Positions 10,615 through 23,020 of a DNA stretch of 64,000 nucleotides are shown here, piece after piece. The position numbers and the translations under genes are program-made. The stretch is from Nitrosomonas sp. Lineage in GTDB: Bacteria > Pseudomonadota > Gammaproteobacteria > Burkholderiales > Nitrosomonadaceae. Below the pieces are notes generated by a model that did no database searches, was not told the DNA's origin, and saw only the letters and a program-made list of their open reading frames with translations. The stretch's first letter is position 1; each line of letters begins with the position of its first letter. The stretch is taken from contig SSFW01000048.1 of NCBI GenBank assembly GCA_008015595.1, forward strand, positions 363 through 64,362. The letters are read 5' to 3'.

Positions 10615-13470
10615 TTAAAGGTTGTCTCTGAAAGCTGCTTCGATGAGTTCATTTTGCCTGAATCGATCCAATGCCAAATATCCTACGGATGGTGAAGCTG
10701 AGGAAGGTCGTAACGCGTAGCCAAGTTTTTGATCAGGACGTTTATGTCGAATAATATAATGTTGAATTCGATGCCAAGCGCCTTGATTTCCAGGTTCTTC
10801 TTGACACCAAATGATTTCCTTTGCTTGTCCATAGCGATCAATTTCTTGTTGAAAATCTTCATGAGGAAAAGGATAAAGTTGTTCAAGACGAATGAGCACC
10901 ATATCCGTGATTGCTTTTTTTCTTCGATATGCGAGTAGCTCATAATAAATTTTTCCACTACACAATATGATCCGTTTAACCTGATCAGGTGACAGATTTT
11001 CCGTTTCTGGAATAACGGGTTGAAAATGACCCATAGCAAGATCCTCGAGTAAAGAAACGGATTCTTTATTTCTTAGCATACTCTTGGGCATCATGACGAT
11101 TAATGGCTTGCGCATGGGGCGTATCATTTGTCTGCGAATCAAATGAAATATTTGAGCTGGCGTAGACGGAATGCAAACTTGAATATTATACTCAGCGCAG
11201 AGTTGCAGATAACGTTCCAATCGTGCTGAGGAATGCTCAGGGCCTTGACCCTCATAGCCATGGGGAAGCAGCATTACCAAACCACATAATCGTCCCCATT
11301 TAGCTTCTCCCGAAGTGATGAATTGATCAATGACTACCTGAGCACCATTCGCAAAGTCACCAAATTGAGCCTCCCAAATGACTAATTCATTGGGTTGGGC
11401 AGAGGCATAGCCGTACTCAAACCCTAAAACGGCTTCTTCCGAAAGTATAGAATCGATCACGGTGAAATCAGGTTGCGTGGGCGTAATATGTCTTAGTGGA
11501 ATGTAAGTACCATTTTCCCACTGCTCTTGTTCTCGATTTTGATCGTGTAATACGGCATGCCGATGAAAGAAGGTGCCACGGCCACTGTCCTGACCAGAAA
11601 TCCGAATTGGAAAGTTATCTTTCAAAAGTGTTGCATAGGCTAAATTTTCAGCCATTCCCCAATCAAGCGGTAGTCTCCCTTTCCCCATCTCGCGTCGATC
11701 AGTCAAAATTTTTTCAATCCGTGGGTTTAATTTGAAACCAGTGGGAATGTCTGTGAGTCTCTCAGCTACGGCTATTAAATCATCAATTGGTACAGCGGTT
11801 ACCACTGGTTGATTCCATTTGCCTGAATTAAGGAAAGGCACCCAGTTAACCGCGTGAGGTGATTTATAATCATAGCGGATCGTTTTGTTTGGATTAATGC
11901 CAGCATCCATTGCGTCCCGGTATGCCTGAACCATCTCATCCGCTTCAGTTTCATGGATGACATTGGATGCGAGCAGCTTGTCTGCATATAGTTTTCTTGT
12001 GCCAGGGTGTTTGTTAATAATCCGGTACATTGAAGGTTGTGTCACCATCGGTTCATCTTGTTCATTGTGGCCTTGTTTGCGGAAGCAAACCAGATCAATG
12101 ATGACGTCTTTGTGAAATTGCATGCGGAAATCTAAAGCAATCTCAGTGGCCATAACGACAGCTTCAGGGTCATCGCCATTCACATGAAAAATTGGGGCCT
12201 CAATCATTTTGGCGATATCAGTACAGTAGAGCGTCGAGCGACTATCTCGTGGATCTGATGTTGTAAAACCAATTTGATTGTTGATAATGATATGGACTGT
12301 TCCACCTGTACCATAGCCACGGGTTTGCGATAAATTAAGTGTTTCCATCACAACCCCCTGCCCAGCAAAAGCAGCGTCACCGTGGATTAATACGGGAATG
12401 ACGAGTTGCCCTTGTTTGTCACTGAGTCGATGTTGGCGTGCCCGAACGGATCCTTCAACCACAGGATCAACGATTTCGAGGTGGGAAGGATTGAAAGCTA
12501 GCGCTAGATGTACGATACCACCGGGAGTCATGACGGCAGAGGAGAAGCCTTGATGGTATTTAACATCACCTGCCATTAGTGTTTGGACATGCTTGCCTTC
12601 AAATTCGAGAAATAAATCTGAGGGCATTTTTCCCAATGTATTAACCAGTACGTTCAGTCGACCACGATGCGCCATACCTAAAACAATTTCTTGAACTCCC
12701 ATCAATCCCGCATGCTGGATAAGTTGATCTAATAATGGGATAAGGCTTTCATTACCTTCACCTGAAAAGCGCTTCTGGCCGACATAGCGAGTATGCAGGT
12801 ATTTTTCTAATCCTTCCGCAGCAGTTAAACGTTCTAAGATATGCTTCTTATACTCATTCCCATAACTGGGTTGTGCGCAGGTGCTTTCTAGGCGACTTTG
12901 AATCCAACGCTTTTGTTTTAAATCGGTAATGAACATATATTCAGCGCCGATCGTATTGCAATAAGTTTGCTGAAGAATTTGTAATATGGTTCGAAGCGGC
13001 GCATGTTCCGGGCCGACTAGCGACCCGGTGTTAAAGTTTGTGTCCAGATCATTCGCTGTTAATCCATGAAAAGCAGGGTCAAGTTCTGGAACATCGAGTA
13101 GCGGCTGATGGTTGAGTGGGTCAAGTTTGGCACATCTTACACCTAGGAATCGATACATATTGATCAACTGCAACACTGCAATTTGCTTACGTTCTTTGGT
13201 TTCATCGTAAGGCTGGTTGGATAGTGGTTGTGTAAGGCTTTTGTTTTGAATTGAGGCTATCTTAGTAACTGGGTTGACTAATGATTGAATGATCAAAGAG
13301 TGGGGTCGATCTTTTGTGCTGATTGCAATGGTTTGTTGAAGATTATCAAAGAAGCTGCGCCATTCTGGAGAGATAGACTCGGGACTACTTAAATAGCGCT
13401 CATAGAGATCCTCAACAAAAGGCGCATTGGTACCAAACAGAAATGAATTTTCGATAAATTGTCTCATCAT
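10615..13470 (-). CDS. sucA: 2-oxoglutarate dehydrogenase E1
   Basis: [22 protein letters not shown] motif, [15 protein letters not shown]. Start at MMRQF. Confidence 0.97.
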   Translation of the reverse strand: MMRQFIENSFLFGTNAPFVEDLYERYLSSPESISPEWRSFFDNLQQTIAISTKDRPHSLIIQSLVNPVTKIASIQNKSLTQPLSNQPYDETKERKQIAVLQLINMYRFLGVRCAKLDPLNHQPLLDVPELDPAFHGLTANDLDTNFNTGSLVGPEHAPLRTILQILQQTYCNTIGAEYMFITDLKQKRWIQSRLESTCAQPSYGNEYKKHILERLTAAEGLEKYLHTRYVGQKRFSGEGNESLIPLLDQLIQHAGLMGVQEIVLGMAHRGRLNVLVNTLGKMPSDLFLEFEGKHVQTLMAGDVKYHQGFSSAVMTPGGIVHLALAFNPSHLEIVDPVVEGSVRARQHRLSDKQGQLVIPVLIHGDAAFAGQGVVMETLNLSQTRGYGTGGTVHIIINNQIGFTTSDPRDSRSTLYCTDIAKMIEAPIFHVNGDDPEAVVMATEIALDFRMQFHKDVIIDLVCFRKQGHNEQDEPMVTQPSMYRIINKHPGTRKLYADKLLASNVIHETEADEMVQAYRDAMDAGINPNKTIRYDYKSPHAVNWVPFLNSGKWNQPVVTAVPIDDLIAVAERLTDIPTGFKLNPRIEKILTDRREMGKGRLPLDWGMAENLAYATLLKDNFPIRISGQDSGRGTFFHRHAVLHDQNREQEQWENGTYIPLRHITPTQPDFTVIDSILSEEAVLGFEYGYASAQPNELVIWEAQFGDFANGAQVVIDQFITSGEAKWGRLCGLVMLLPHGYEGQGPEHSSARLERYLQLCAEYNIQVCIPSTPAQIFHLIRRQMIRPMRKPLIVMMPKSMLRNKESVSLLEDLAMGHFQPVIPETENLSPDQVKRIILCSGKIYYELLAYRRKKAITDMVLIRLEQLYPFPHEDFQQEIDRYGQAKEIIWCQEEPGNQGAWHRIQHYIIRHKRPDQKLGYALRPSSASPSVGYLALDRFRQNELIEAAFRDNL

Positions 13471-13550
13471 GCACCAACCCATTTAATCCAACTAAAAATA
13501 TTTCACAATAAAGTGAAGCTATTTTCAAACTATGTTGAAAACCGATTTAT

Positions 13551-13577
13551 AAAAATAACAGCATGTTTGGCATGCTG
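13551..13577 (-). terminator. Intrinsic terminator-like hairpin after gltA
   Basis: CAGCATG/CATGCTG stem followed on the minus strand by TTATTTTT. Confidence 0.55.
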
Positions 13578-13615
13578 CTTCAAATTAATTTTGAGGCATT
13601 CTTATCGTATAAAAA

Positions 13616-14917
13616 TTAGTTGTTTATTTTATCAGCGGGGATATCGCGAAGCCCGGTACCCGTATAGAGTTGTCGAGGTCGACCTATTTTCTGATCTGGA
13701 TCCGCAATCATTTCGTTCCATTGTGCTACCCAACCGACCGTTCGTGCCATTGCAAAGATAGCGGTAAACATCGATGTTGGGATACCGAGTGCTTTTTGCA
13801 CAATGCCAGAATAAAAATCAACATTTGGGTAAAGTTTCTTCGCGATAAAGTAGTCATCTTCAAGTGCAATTCTTTCTAACTCCAAAGCAAGTTTGAAAAG
13901 GCGGTTGTTATGTAGTTCCATTTCATTTAATACTTCATGGCACGTTTCACGCATTAATTTTGCACGAGGATCAAAATTTTTATAGACGCGGTGACCAAAC
14001 CCCATTAGCCGGAATCCGTCCGTTTTATCTTTTGCACGTTTAATATATTCATTGATGCGTGAAACATCCCCGATCTGTTCCAGCATATTTAAGCAAGCCT
14101 CATTGGCGCCACCATGAGCGGGTCCCCATAAGCAGGCGATTCCTGCTGATATACACGCGAATGGATTGGCACCACTTGATCCAGCGAGCCGGACCGTTGA
14201 GGTCGATGCATTTTGCTCATGATCGGCATGGAGAATCAGTATTCGATCTAGTGCTCTGACAATAACCGGATTCGGTTCATATTTTTCTGCTGGTGTCGCA
14301 AACATCATGTGCAAAAAGTTTGCTGCATAGCTTAAGTCGTTGCGCGGATAGATAAAAGGTTGGCCAATATTGTATTTGTAGGCCATTGCAGCAATAGTGG
14401 GCAGCTTGGCGATTAAACGGAAGGCTGATTGCTCACGATGTAGCACGTCTGAAATATCCATTGCCTCATGGTAAAAAGCAGATAAAGCGCCTACGACACC
14501 TACCATAACAGCCATGGGATGAGCATCTCTTCGGAATCCTGTGTAGAATCGAACGAGTTGCTCATGCAACATGGTGTGAGATTTTATGGTGCTCACAAAA
14601 TGTTGTTTCTGAGGATCAGTAGGTAACTCGCCAGTCAACAGTAAGTGGCATACTTCCATAAAATCACAGCGTGCCGCAAGTTGTTCAATCGGATAACCTC
14701 GATAGAGCAATATTCCTTTATCACCATCGATAAAGGTGATACTTGATTTAGTGCTTGCGGTCGATAGAAAACCAGGATCATAAGTAAATAAGCCTGTTTT
14801 GGCATACAGTGTTCGTATATCAACCGTATCAGGGCCCATATTGCCGGATAAGATCGGAAACTCGATAGGTTCAGTGTTCTCGCCAAGTCGTAAGGTTGCT
14901 TTACGTTGTTCAGTCAT
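13616..14917 (-). CDS. gltA: Type II citrate synthase
   Basis: [37 protein letters not shown]. Confidence 0.98.
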   Translation of the reverse strand: MTEQRKATLRLGENTEPIEFPILSGNMGPDTVDIRTLYAKTGLFTYDPGFLSTASTKSSITFIDGDKGILLYRGYPIEQLAARCDFMEVCHLLLTGELPTDPQKQHFVSTIKSHTMLHEQLVRFYTGFRRDAHPMAVMVGVVGALSAFYHEAMDISDVLHREQSAFRLIAKLPTIAAMAYKYNIGQPFIYPRNDLSYAANFLHMMFATPAEKYEPNPVIVRALDRILILHADHEQNASTSTVRLAGSSGANPFACISAGIACLWGPAHGGANEACLNMLEQIGDVSRINEYIKRAKDKTDGFRLMGFGHRVYKNFDPRAKLMRETCHEVLNEMELHNNRLFKLALELERIALEDDYFIAKKLYPNVDFYSGIVQKALGIPTSMFTAIFAMARTVGWVAQWNEMIADPDQKIGRPRQLYTGTGLRDIPADKINN

Positions 14918-15004
14918 ATTTATTTTCTCCTTCTCTTTGGGTTGAGAAACGATCTCGTTATTGATTTATTATTAACTATTCTGCACTTTTACAGATTTAA
15001 GAAT

Positions 15005-15241
15005 TTAACTTCGTTGAATGAGCTGTATAAGTCGTTTTAAGCTTTTATCAACCGTTTCAGGATTTGAACAAATTATAGCTAACAGATCTTGATCTGAAAG
15101 TGACAACAGTGATTCAAATTGGTCTATTTGTTGTTCATTTAATTGAGAATCGTATTTATCCAGAAATCGCTTTAAGAGTAGATCAAGCTCGAGCAAACCT
15201 CTTCGACAGCGCCAGCGTATTCGCTCGATACGCTTGGTCAT
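15005..15241 (-). CDS. sdhE: Succinate dehydrogenase flavinylation factor SdhE
   Basis: RWRCRRGLLELD motif; 4-bp overlap with sdhB. Confidence 0.92.
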   Translation of the reverse strand: MTKRIERIRWRCRRGLLELDLLLKRFLDKYDSQLNEQQIDQFESLLSLSDQDLLAIICSNPETVDKSLKRLIQLIQRS

Positions 15242-15936
15242 ACTACTTTATTGAGCATCATGCCTTTGATTTTTCCTATCGCATTGGTTGGGTTGAGTCC
15301 TTTGGGACAGACATCAACACAATTCATAATGGAATGACAGCGAAACAAGCGGTATGGATCTTCAAGATAATCAAGTCGTTCAGTGGTGGCTTGATCCCGA
15401 CTATCAGCAAGAAAGCGATAAGCTTGTAAGAGACCGGCAGGTCCTACAAATTTATCGGGATTCCACCAAAAAGAAGGGCATGAAGTTGAACAGCAGGCGC
15501 ATAAAATACATTCATATACACCATCTAATTCTGCTCTTTCGCTTGGCGACTGTAATCGTTCAGTCTCGGGGGGAGGATCATGGTTAACGAGATAAGGTTT
15601 TATCGAATGATACTGTTTAAAGAATTGAGACATATCGACGATCAGGTCACGAATAATCGGCAGACCAGGTAATGGACGAATCTCGATCGGTTCTTTGAGG
15701 GTAGCGATGGGTGTGATGCAAGCAAGTCCATTACGTCCATTGATATTCATGGCATCTGAACCACATACGCCTTCTCGACAGGATCGGCGTAAGCTCAGGC
15801 TATCATCAATGGATTTGATGCGAATTAACGCATCTAAAAGCATTTTATCTGTGGGTTCAAGTTCAATTTCATAATCCTGCATATAGGGTTTTTCATCTTT
15901 ATCAGGATCAAAACGACTAATTAAGAATCGCATCAT
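15238..15936 (-). CDS. sdhB: Succinate dehydrogenase iron-sulfur subunit
   Basis: SCREGVCGSD, CILCACCSTSCP, CHSIMNCVDVCP. Confidence 0.97.
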   Translation of the reverse strand: MMRFLISRFDPDKDEKPYMQDYEIELEPTDKMLLDALIRIKSIDDSLSLRRSCREGVCGSDAMNINGRNGLACITPIATLKEPIEIRPLPGLPIIRDLIVDMSQFFKQYHSIKPYLVNHDPPPETERLQSPSERAELDGVYECILCACCSTSCPSFWWNPDKFVGPAGLLQAYRFLADSRDQATTERLDYLEDPYRLFRCHSIMNCVDVCPKGLNPTNAIGKIKGMMLNKVV

Positions 15937-16051
15937 TGACTACCTTTTTAGCTAAAACGTTAAACTAATTATTCAGCATATCAGATTATGATAAATTTAA
16001 AATGAAAGAAAGCGAAGATATCGGTTTTATGGAATGAATTTAACTATTTTA

Positions 16052-17464
16052 TTATGATCGTAGCTTACTTGAAATAAACTGCTTTACTTCATTCACATCT
16101 TTATCCATTACGATGAATCGCTGTGGGAGTTTTTCAAGATCTTCGAAGCCAGGTGCCGGCTCAGGTTCTTTCCCGATTGCTTCTTGGATACTGTCTGAGA
16201 ATTTAACAGGTAAAGCAGTTTCCAAACATATCAGCGGTATATCTGATTCGCGATTTTCTAGCCCAACTTTAATACCGTCTGCAGTATGGGTATCAACTAA
16301 TACACCATATTTTTTATAAGTTTCCCGAATGGTTTCGATTCGATTAGTATGATGACTTGATCCTGAGAGAAATCCTAAATCTTTTGCTTTAGCCCATATG
16401 GCGGTTCCAAATAAATCAAAGCCATTTCCATTCTCAACAGATTGCCACAGTTCTTTGATTCTAGCCGAATCACGCTCAGCCAAATCAAATACATAGCGCT
16501 CAAAATTCGATGCCTTGGAGATATCCATAGAAGGGCTGCTGGTGTGATGTGTTTCTGACGTAGTTCGTGGACGGTAAAGTCCAGTTCGGAAAAACTCATC
16601 TAATACATCATTTTCATTCGTTGCAAGAATCAAATGCTTGATAGGAAGACCCATCATCCGTGCGACATGTCCTGCAAAAATATTGCCAAAATTACCAGAT
16701 GGCACAGAAAATGATACGAATTCATCGTTTGATTGCGTAACAGCAAAATAGCCTTTGAAATAATAGACAATTTGAGCCGCAATTCTTGCCCAGTTGATCG
16801 AATTGACAGTTCCAATATGATGGCCCTTTTTGAAAGGGTGATCATTGCTGACTGCTTTTACAATGTCTTGGCAATCATCGAATACCCCTTGAATTGCAAT
16901 GTTATAGATATTTTCATCTTGTAGGGAAAACATCTGAGCGGTTTGGAAGCGACTCATCTTGCCATAAGGGGAAAGCATGAATACCCGTATTCTTTGTTTT
17001 CCACGCATTGCATATTCTGCGCTTGAGCCAGTATCTCCTGAGGTCGCTCCTAGGATATTGAGTTCACTGCCTGTTTTGGCAAGGGTATATTCAAATAGAT
17101 TGCCTAAGAATTGCATTGCAATATCTTTGAAAGCGAGGGTTGGCCCATTTGATAAACATAAAATGTGTAATCCTGGTTCCAGTGTCTTAATCGGTGTGAT
17201 ATCAGCACTACCGAATAGTTTAGATGTATAGGTACGAGTGATGATATCTCGGAGATTGGCGGTTGGAATATCATCCATGAAGCGGGATAGAATTTCAAAA
17301 GCAAGCTCCGGATAACTTAAATAGCGCCACGATTCAAGCTCTGCTGCATCGACTCGAGGATAGGATTCGGGTACAGCTAAACCCCCATCTTGTGCAAGTC
17401 CACTCAACAGAATTTCACTAAAATTTTGCGGCGACATACCGCCTCTGGTAGAGATATAACGCAT
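16052..17464 (-). CDS. thrC: Threonine synthase
   Basis: MRYISTRG, GPTLAFKD (PLP Lys), ATSGDTG, VPSGNFGN. Confidence 0.96.
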   Translation of the reverse strand: MRYISTRGGMSPQNFSEILLSGLAQDGGLAVPESYPRVDAAELESWRYLSYPELAFEILSRFMDDIPTANLRDIITRTYTSKLFGSADITPIKTLEPGLHILCLSNGPTLAFKDIAMQFLGNLFEYTLAKTGSELNILGATSGDTGSSAEYAMRGKQRIRVFMLSPYGKMSRFQTAQMFSLQDENIYNIAIQGVFDDCQDIVKAVSNDHPFKKGHHIGTVNSINWARIAAQIVYYFKGYFAVTQSNDEFVSFSVPSGNFGNIFAGHVARMMGLPIKHLILATNENDVLDEFFRTGLYRPRTTSETHHTSSPSMDISKASNFERYVFDLAERDSARIKELWQSVENGNGFDLFGTAIWAKAKDLGFLSGSSHHTNRIETIRETYKKYGVLVDTHTADGIKVGLENRESDIPLICLETALPVKFSDSIQEAIGKEPEPAPGFEDLEKLPQRFIVMDKDVNEVKQFISSKLRS

Positions 17465-17525
17465 AGTGTATGACCGATCTAGAAAAGAGGGATGGGAAAA
17501 GATGATGCTATTTTCCCAAGTTAAT

Positions 17526-18839
17526 TTATTTGTTTAATTCTTCTAAACGAATACGCACGACTTTATCTGTCATGCTAGGCAGTTTTTCAATCTTATCGAT
17601 TGCTCTATTGATATTCTTTTCTTGAGTGGTATGAGTTAGCATAATAATGTTAACTCGATCTTCTTCCTCAGCATGTTCTTTTTGTATCATAGCACTAATC
17701 GAGATATCCGCATCGGCAAGGATACGGGTGATATCAGCTAGCACACCAGGCTTATCAATGACTTGAAGTCTCAAATAGTATGCGGTTTGTACATCTTCCA
17801 TTGAGACAATGGGGGTATCAGAAAGTGAATCGGGAGGGAAGGCCAAATAGGGAACACGGTGCTTGGGATCTACCGTAAGTTGTCGAGCAACATCGACCAA
17901 ATCAGCAATCACTGAACTGGCAGTGGGTTCTGCACCAGCGCCAGCACCATAATATAAAGTTGGGCCTACCGCATCTCCTTTAACCACAATGGCATTCATG
18001 ACGCCTTCGACATTAGCAATCAAACGTTTGATAGGAATTAATGTAGGATGAACTCGTAATTCGATTCCTTTCTCTACCCGTTTGGTAATGCCTAATAATT
18101 TGATTCGATAGCCTAATTCTTCAGCATTACGGATATCTTCATTATTTAATTGGGAGATACCTTCAATATAAGCTTTTTCAAATCGAACAGGGATACCAAA
18201 TGCAATAGCAGCCATAATGGTAATTTTATGGGCTGCATCGATTCCTTCAATATCATAAGTCGGATCTGCTTCCGCGTAACCAAGTCGTTGTGCAGTGGCA
18301 AGTGCAGTACTAAATGCTAATCCCTTTTCACGCATTTCGGAGAGAATATAATTGCTCGTTCCATTGATAATACCTGCTATCCACTCAATTCGGTTAGCTG
18401 TAAGGCCTTCACGCAGCGCCTTGATGATTGGAATCCCTCCAGCAACCGCAGCTTCAAACGCGACAATCACCCCTTTTTGCTGTGCTGCTGAAAAAATTTC
18501 ACTACCGTGATTAGCCAGCAAGGCTTTGTTTGCCGTTACGATGTGCTTGCCATTATTAATGGCTTGTAGGATGAGTTCCTTGGCAATGGTTTGACCACCG
18601 ATAAGCTCAATGATAATTTCGATATCAGGGTTAGCCACAATTTCTTGAGCGTTTTGGGTAACAATCGTTTGGCTACCGACGATATGGCGTGCCTTTTCGA
18701 TATCTTTGTCTGCAACCATTTGAATAACGATATTGCATCCTACACGGCGCGCGATTTCTTCTTGATTTCGTTTTAGAACAGTGAAAGTACCGCCACCGAC
18801 CGTTCCAATTCCGAGTAATCCAACATTAATAGATTTCAT
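17526..18839 (-). CDS. hom: Homoserine dehydrogenase with ACT domain
   Basis: GIGTVG, VTANKA, EAAVAGGIP, GYAEADP, C-terminal ACT domain. Confidence 0.96.
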   Translation of the reverse strand: MKSINVGLLGIGTVGGGTFTVLKRNQEEIARRVGCNIVIQMVADKDIEKARHIVGSQTIVTQNAQEIVANPDIEIIIELIGGQTIAKELILQAINNGKHIVTANKALLANHGSEIFSAAQQKGVIVAFEAAVAGGIPIIKALREGLTANRIEWIAGIINGTSNYILSEMREKGLAFSTALATAQRLGYAEADPTYDIEGIDAAHKITIMAAIAFGIPVRFEKAYIEGISQLNNEDIRNAEELGYRIKLLGITKRVEKGIELRVHPTLIPIKRLIANVEGVMNAIVVKGDAVGPTLYYGAGAGAEPTASSVIADLVDVARQLTVDPKHRVPYLAFPPDSLSDTPIVSMEDVQTAYYLRLQVIDKPGVLADITRILADADISISAMIQKEHAEEEDRVNIIMLTHTTQEKNINRAIDKIEKLPSMTDKVVRIRLEELNK

Positions 18840-18934
18840 CTTATATTTTTAAGTAAATAAGCTAATGCTCAATACGCTCTATTTTAATTCAACCCATCCA
18901 GGATAAGCCAATTTATTGAATGAATAGGTTGTAA

Positions 18935-20161
18935 TTAGGTTTTATAGCGTTTCCGAAAACGATCGAGAAAGCGAGCGATTCGTGAAATAGCTTCAGTCAA
19001 GTCATCGCTATTAGGTAAAAATACAACCCTGAAGTGGTCTGGATGTAACCAATTGAAACCTGTTCCTTGTACAACTAGCACTTTTTCTTCTAGCAATAAA
19101 TCCAAGACAAAGCGTTCATCATCTTGAATTGGGTAAATTTTAGGATCAAGATGGGGAAATAAATATAAGGCAGATTGTGGCTTATAACAGCTTACGCCTG
19201 GGATATCCGTGAGCATTTGCCAGGCAAGGTCGCGCTGCCGCTTGAGTCTACCGGTTGGCATCGTCAAATCATGGATGCTTTGGTATCCACCCAATGCAGT
19301 TTGGATACCAAATTGAGCCGGAACATTTGCGCATAATCGCATCGAAGCCAACATATTTAAGCCAGCTATATAATCTTGTGCGTCGTGTTTATTGCCTGAG
19401 ACGACAGCCCAACCAGAACGGAAACCTGCCGCACGGTAATTTTTTGAAAGACCATTGAAGGTAATAAATAAAACATCATCGGCGAGCGATGCGACTGAAG
19501 TATGGGTCGCTTGCTCATAGAGTATCTTGTCATAAATTTCATCAGCGTACACAATTAACCGGTTCTGCCGAGCAATTTCGATGATTTCTAATAATAGTTC
19601 TTTGGGATAGAGCGATCCTGTTGGATTATTGGGATTGATAATCACGATGGCGCGCGTTCTGTCTGTAATTTTGGTCCGAATGTCGTCTAAATCAGGAAAC
19701 CAATCAGACTGTTCATCGCAGACATAATGGCGAGCAGTTCCTCCTGCAAGCGAAACAGCAGCAGTCCATAACGGGTAATCAGGAGCAGGTATTAGAACTT
19801 CATCGTTATTTTCCAATAAAGCTTGCATGGTCAACATGATGAGTTCCGAAACACCATTACCCACATAAATATCTTCCATCTGCACGTTAGCAATCTGTTT
19901 TTCCTGCGTGTAATGCATGATCGCTTTGCGTGCCGCAAATAATCCTTTTGAGTCACAATAGCCAGATGCTGCCGAAAGATTACGGATAACATCCTGTAAA
20001 ATCTCTTCAGGGGCTTCAAATCCAAAGGAAGCTGGATTGCCGATATTGAGTTTAATGATGTGATACCCTTCTTCCTCCATTTGTCTCGCACGATCCAAAA
20101 CAGGACCTCGAATGTCATAACATACATTTTCAAGCTTGCTGGATTTTTTGATCGGCTGCAT
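18935..20161 (-). CDS. alaA: PLP-dependent aminotransferase AlaA/AlaT type
   Basis: KLENVCYDIRGPV, KLNIGNPA, INPNNPTG, GLSKNYR. Confidence 0.88.
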   Translation of the reverse strand: MQPIKKSSKLENVCYDIRGPVLDRARQMEEEGYHIIKLNIGNPASFGFEAPEEILQDVIRNLSAASGYCDSKGLFAARKAIMHYTQEKQIANVQMEDIYVGNGVSELIMLTMQALLENNDEVLIPAPDYPLWTAAVSLAGGTARHYVCDEQSDWFPDLDDIRTKITDRTRAIVIINPNNPTGSLYPKELLLEIIEIARQNRLIVYADEIYDKILYEQATHTSVASLADDVLFITFNGLSKNYRAAGFRSGWAVVSGNKHDAQDYIAGLNMLASMRLCANVPAQFGIQTALGGYQSIHDLTMPTGRLKRQRDLAWQMLTDIPGVSCYKPQSALYLFPHLDPKIYPIQDDERFVLDLLLEEKVLVVQGTGFNWLHPDHFRVVFLPNSDDLTEAISRIARFLDRFRKRYKT

Positions 20162-20352
20162 GGTAGGTCAAGTAGTAATAAAGAATATGGTATCGTAAGT
20201 TGTGAATGGATTGGATGAGTACAAACTCAATGCTATGTTACCCGACACAGCTATGCTATTGCAAAATATGTATTCGATTGAATGGTGGTTTAAGCTGGTA
20301 TTTTGCCATTATTTGATGATGATTATGTTTTATAAGTAAGGGGAGGGCGTAA

Positions 20353-20721
20353 ATGAAGTTTCACCTTTCTAATATTGAAGGAATAAATACGTTTTCAGGT
20401 TATGGGGCTGGCTACGTCGTGATCAATCAAGTACGCTATGATCGGAATTTGGTTGTATTTCCAGATCGTATCATTGAAAATTGGTGCATAAGAAACTCTG
20501 GGCGATTCGCTATTGATGATTTTGATGAAATACTTACCTATCAACCTGAGATAATATTGCTGGGTACAGGTGAAGCGCAGCGATTTCCTAGTCCTCAATT
20601 AATCAAAGCGATGCTTAATGCAAGGATTGGATTGGAAGTGATGGACACATTTTCTGCTTGTCGTACCTACAATATTTTATCAACAGAGGGTCGCAGAGTA
20701 GCCGCAGCGCTTTTAGTCTAA
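20353..20721 (+). CDS. Mth938-like (DUF498) protein
   Basis: PEIILLGTG and EVMDTFSACRTYNIL..EGRRVAAAL signature. Confidence 0.88.
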   Translation: MKFHLSNIEGINTFSGYGAGYVVINQVRYDRNLVVFPDRIIENWCIRNSGRFAIDDFDEILTYQPEIILLGTGEAQRFPSPQLIKAMLNARIGLEVMDTFSACRTYNILSTEGRRVAAALLV

Positions 20722-20786
20722 CGACTTTTGTAAAATTTTTGACGATTACACAAATAAATTAGCTTGGATAATAAGGAATACCATCA

Positions 20787-21071
20787 ATGGGGGCATTAGT
20801 TTTTTATACCTTTGTTTTTTTTATTGGGTATTTTGTGGTTCATGGTTTTAATTTGTTAATCGGTCGTAAGTTGTTAAATCGGAAAATTACTGCACTCGTC
20901 ATTGTTTGTCTGATTGCACTAATGCATGGATATAAAATATTGACGAGTCCACTACCCACTCAACAGGATGCAGATGCTTTTCAAGCACTTGGTTACTATG
21001 TTATGTTTCCAATCTTAGTCATTGTGACGGCCTGTGTGTTTTTTGGATTACAAGATAAGGAGGATGAATGA
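20787..21071 (+). CDS. Small hypothetical membrane protein (about 3 TM)
   Basis: AAGGAA RBS, three hydrophobic segments, acidic tail. Confidence 0.7.
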   Translation: MGALVFYTFVFFIGYFVVHGFNLLIGRKLLNRKITALVIVCLIALMHGYKILTSPLPTQQDADAFQALGYYVMFPILVIVTACVFFGLQDKEDE

Positions 21072-21280
21072 ATACCAGCGTGACTCTGTTTTATATTTCA
21101 AGTAGTCACTTATTTAAATAACAACTGAAATGTATAGGTAATTGCTACCGCGCACCTTCCATTTAACTACTGTGACATGGTTTTTTTCCGAATTAATAAA
21201 ACGCATATCTTTAATTTTTGATAATCGTTAGCGTTATTTCTCCTTTTTCTTTATTTATTATCTTTTCTTTAATTTGAAAC

Positions 21281-22363
21281 ATGACTCACTTGCTCAGAAA
21301 TGTTATACGACCAGAAATTTTTGAACTTTCTGCGTATCATGTTCCACCCGCTAAAGGAATGATCAAATTAGATGCAATGGAGAATCCTTATACATTGCCT
21401 TTAACGCTTAGAGCGGAAATTGCTCAATTAGCAGAAAATGCAACGATTAATCGATATCCAGATCCGACAGCGAGCGCATTAAAGAGTGTCTTAAGAGAAA
21501 CTTTATTAGTACCTGACGATATGTCGATCCTTCTGGGTAACGGCTCTGATGAAATTATTCAGATGATTGCGTTGGCTGCTGCAAAACCTGATGCAGTTCT
21601 ATTAGGGGTTGATCCTGGGTTCGCAATGTTTCGTATCATTGCTACTTTTTCTGGGATGAATTATGTAGGTGTTCCGCTCAATGAGGATTTCTCATTAAAT
21701 CTTGAAGCAATGCGTACAGCGATTACTCGCTATCAACCTGCCATTATTTTTCTTGCCTATCCCAATAATCCAACAGGTAACCTATTTGATATACAAGTGA
21801 TACATCAGATTATTCAGGAAGCGCCTGGTATTGTTATTATCGATGAAGCCTATCATGCTTTTGCTGGCGTTAGTTTTATGGATCAGTTGGCGCAATTTCC
21901 TAATTTACTATTGATGCGAACCTTATCAAAATTGGGTCTTGCAGGGTTAAGATTAGGGTTGCTGATTGGAAGGTCTGAATGGCTTGAGCAATTTGAGAAA
22001 CTGCGTTTACCCTATAATATTGGCGTCATGACCCAATTAATTGCTGAAAAGGTATTGCAGCATTATGAAGATTTATTAAAGCAAACGGCAGCCATCAAAA
22101 CAGAGAGAAGTAAGCTATTATCAGAACTTAGTGGTTTAAGCGGAATAACAGCTTTTCCTTCAGAAGCTAATTTTATTTTATTTCGTACTAAGAGAGCGAG
22201 TGAAGCGTATGCGCTACTCAAGCAGAAGGGTGTTCTCATTAAAAATCTGGATGGAGCTCATCCCTTATTAAAGGATTGTTTACGCGTTACGGTTGGCACA
22301 CCTCATGAAAATGATCAATTCTATCACGCGCTTTTACAAGTACTTGAAGACACAAATTGTTAG
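21281..22363 (+). CDS. hisC: Histidinol-phosphate aminotransferase
   Basis: [29 protein letters not shown]; heads the his cluster. Confidence 0.95.
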   Translation: MTHLLRNVIRPEIFELSAYHVPPAKGMIKLDAMENPYTLPLTLRAEIAQLAENATINRYPDPTASALKSVLRETLLVPDDMSILLGNGSDEIIQMIALAAAKPDAVLLGVDPGFAMFRIIATFSGMNYVGVPLNEDFSLNLEAMRTAITRYQPAIIFLAYPNNPTGNLFDIQVIHQIIQEAPGIVIIDEAYHAFAGVSFMDQLAQFPNLLLMRTLSKLGLAGLRLGLLIGRSEWLEQFEKLRLPYNIGVMTQLIAEKVLQHYEDLLKQTAAIKTERSKLLSELSGLSGITAFPSEANFILFRTKRASEAYALLKQKGVLIKNLDGAHPLLKDCLRVTVGTPHENDQFYHALLQVLEDTNC

Positions 22364-22401
22364 ATTGATATGTATCGTAAGGCTTAACTGATAATATTTT
22401 T

Positions 22402-22989
22402 ATGCGCCAGATCAAAGTTACCCGGAATACGTTGGAAACGCAGATAAGCGTTGAGGTTAATTTGGACGGAAGTGGTCATTCAAAGTTGAATACTGGTATA
22501 CCATTTCTAGATCATATGTTAGATCAGATTGCTCGGCATGGGATGATTGACATCACAGTGGAAGCAAAAGGAGATTTGCATATCGATGCACACCACACGG
22601 TTGAAGATATTGGAATTACACTTGGTCAAGCATTAGCAAAAGCTTGGGGTGAGAAAAAAGGGGTGCGTCGTTATGGTCATGCTTATGTTCCACTCGATGA
22701 AGCACTTTCTAGAGTCGTGCTGGATTTATCAGGTCGACCGGGGCTTGGTTATCGGGTCGAATTTGTTCGTGCTCGCATTGGTGAATTTGATGTCGATTTA
22801 ATTCACGAATTTTTTCAAGGATTGGTTAATCATGCTATGATTACACTCCATATTGATAATCTTTTTGGAGATAATGCGCACCATCAAGCTGAAACCGTTT
22901 TTAAGGCTTTTGGAAGAGCATTACGTATGGCAATTGAGACTGATTCCCGCGCAATTAATCTAATCCCATCCACAAAAGGTTCATTGTAA
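22402..22989 (+). CDS. hisB: Imidazoleglycerol-phosphate dehydratase
   Basis: [20 protein letters not shown]. Confidence 0.97.
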   Translation: MRQIKVTRNTLETQISVEVNLDGSGHSKLNTGIPFLDHMLDQIARHGMIDITVEAKGDLHIDAHHTVEDIGITLGQALAKAWGEKKGVRRYGHAYVPLDEALSRVVLDLSGRPGLGYRVEFVRARIGEFDVDLIHEFFQGLVNHAMITLHIDNLFGDNAHHQAETVFKAFGRALRMAIETDSRAINLIPSTKGSL

Positions 22990-23020
22990 GCGCTACTCGT
23001 AACCGCATTAATTATTAAGT

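Noticed and set aside
21165-21190. Pho box upstream of hisC
   Set aside because: Only a single TGTCACA half-site; no 11-bp tandem repeat.
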